Assembly (NCBI GenBank): GCA_016208765.1
Contig: JACQXK010000004.1
Location: 148,243 to 212,242, forward strand
Length of the DNA stretch: 64,000 nt
Source: Candidatus Omnitrophota bacterium
Lineage (GTDB): Bacteria > Omnitrophota > Gorgyraeia > Gygaellales > Profunditerraquicolaceae
Reading direction: 5' to 3'
The DNA itself is not shown here. Position 1 is the first letter of the stretch. Below are more model-generated notes on this DNA. The model worked only from the letters and a program-made list of their open reading frames with translations, did not search any database and was not told the DNA's origin.

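Noticed and set aside
70-63282. About 80 short ORFs (60-179 aa) on the plus strand or in alternative minus frames
   Set aside because: All overlap the giant minus-strand frame, have no recognisable motifs, and read like antisense or off-frame shadows.
63915-63917. GTG as the start codon of the giant protein
   Set aside because: The frame stays open to the window edge, so the real start probably lies outside the window.
11184-64000. NRPS/PKS, RTX/MARTX or adhesin identity for the giant ORF
   Set aside because: No condensation, adenylation or ketosynthase motifs, no GGxGxD repeats and no Ig- or cadherin-like repeats were seen.
1-64000. Stop-codon reassignment or inteins explaining the fusion
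   Set aside because: The frames are open under the standard code, the boundaries are sense-codon Ser-rich linkers, and I saw no intein C...HN splice motifs at the boundaries.

Overview
The whole window is protein-coding on the minus strand and looks like an internal part of one giant gene. ORF A (11184..>64000, over 17,600 aa) is open to the right edge, so the listed GTG at 63917 is not the true start. ORF B (<1..11265, over 3,750 aa) is absent from the ORF track, consistent with having no stop in the window. It continues ORF A in the -1 frame from the middle of a SAM-methyltransferase domain. Together they give a polypeptide of more than 21,300 aa built as beads on a string from about 50 mostly cytoplasmic-type modules: transketolase, PfkA-family phosphofructokinase, YvcK/CofD, HAD, GlmU-like transferase, kinases, methyltransferases, histidine-kinase ATPase and receiver domains, sigma-70, ACT-ACT-HD, Fic, an EndoU-like nuclease, a gluzincin, an EamA transporter, TPRs and a 14-copy HTH array. 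Almost every module boundary carries a short (A/S/V)-S-S-(A/P)-(V/L/I) motif. Several linkers are also conserved as DNA, three contain RAPP/RGPP motifs resembling ribosome-arrest peptides, and some contain in-frame palindromic repeats. The architecture resembles the giant proteins of Candidatus Omnitrophota (inference; no marker gene is present). Domain calls are motif-based by eye and their boundaries are approximate. No RNA genes, CRISPR array or transposase were seen.
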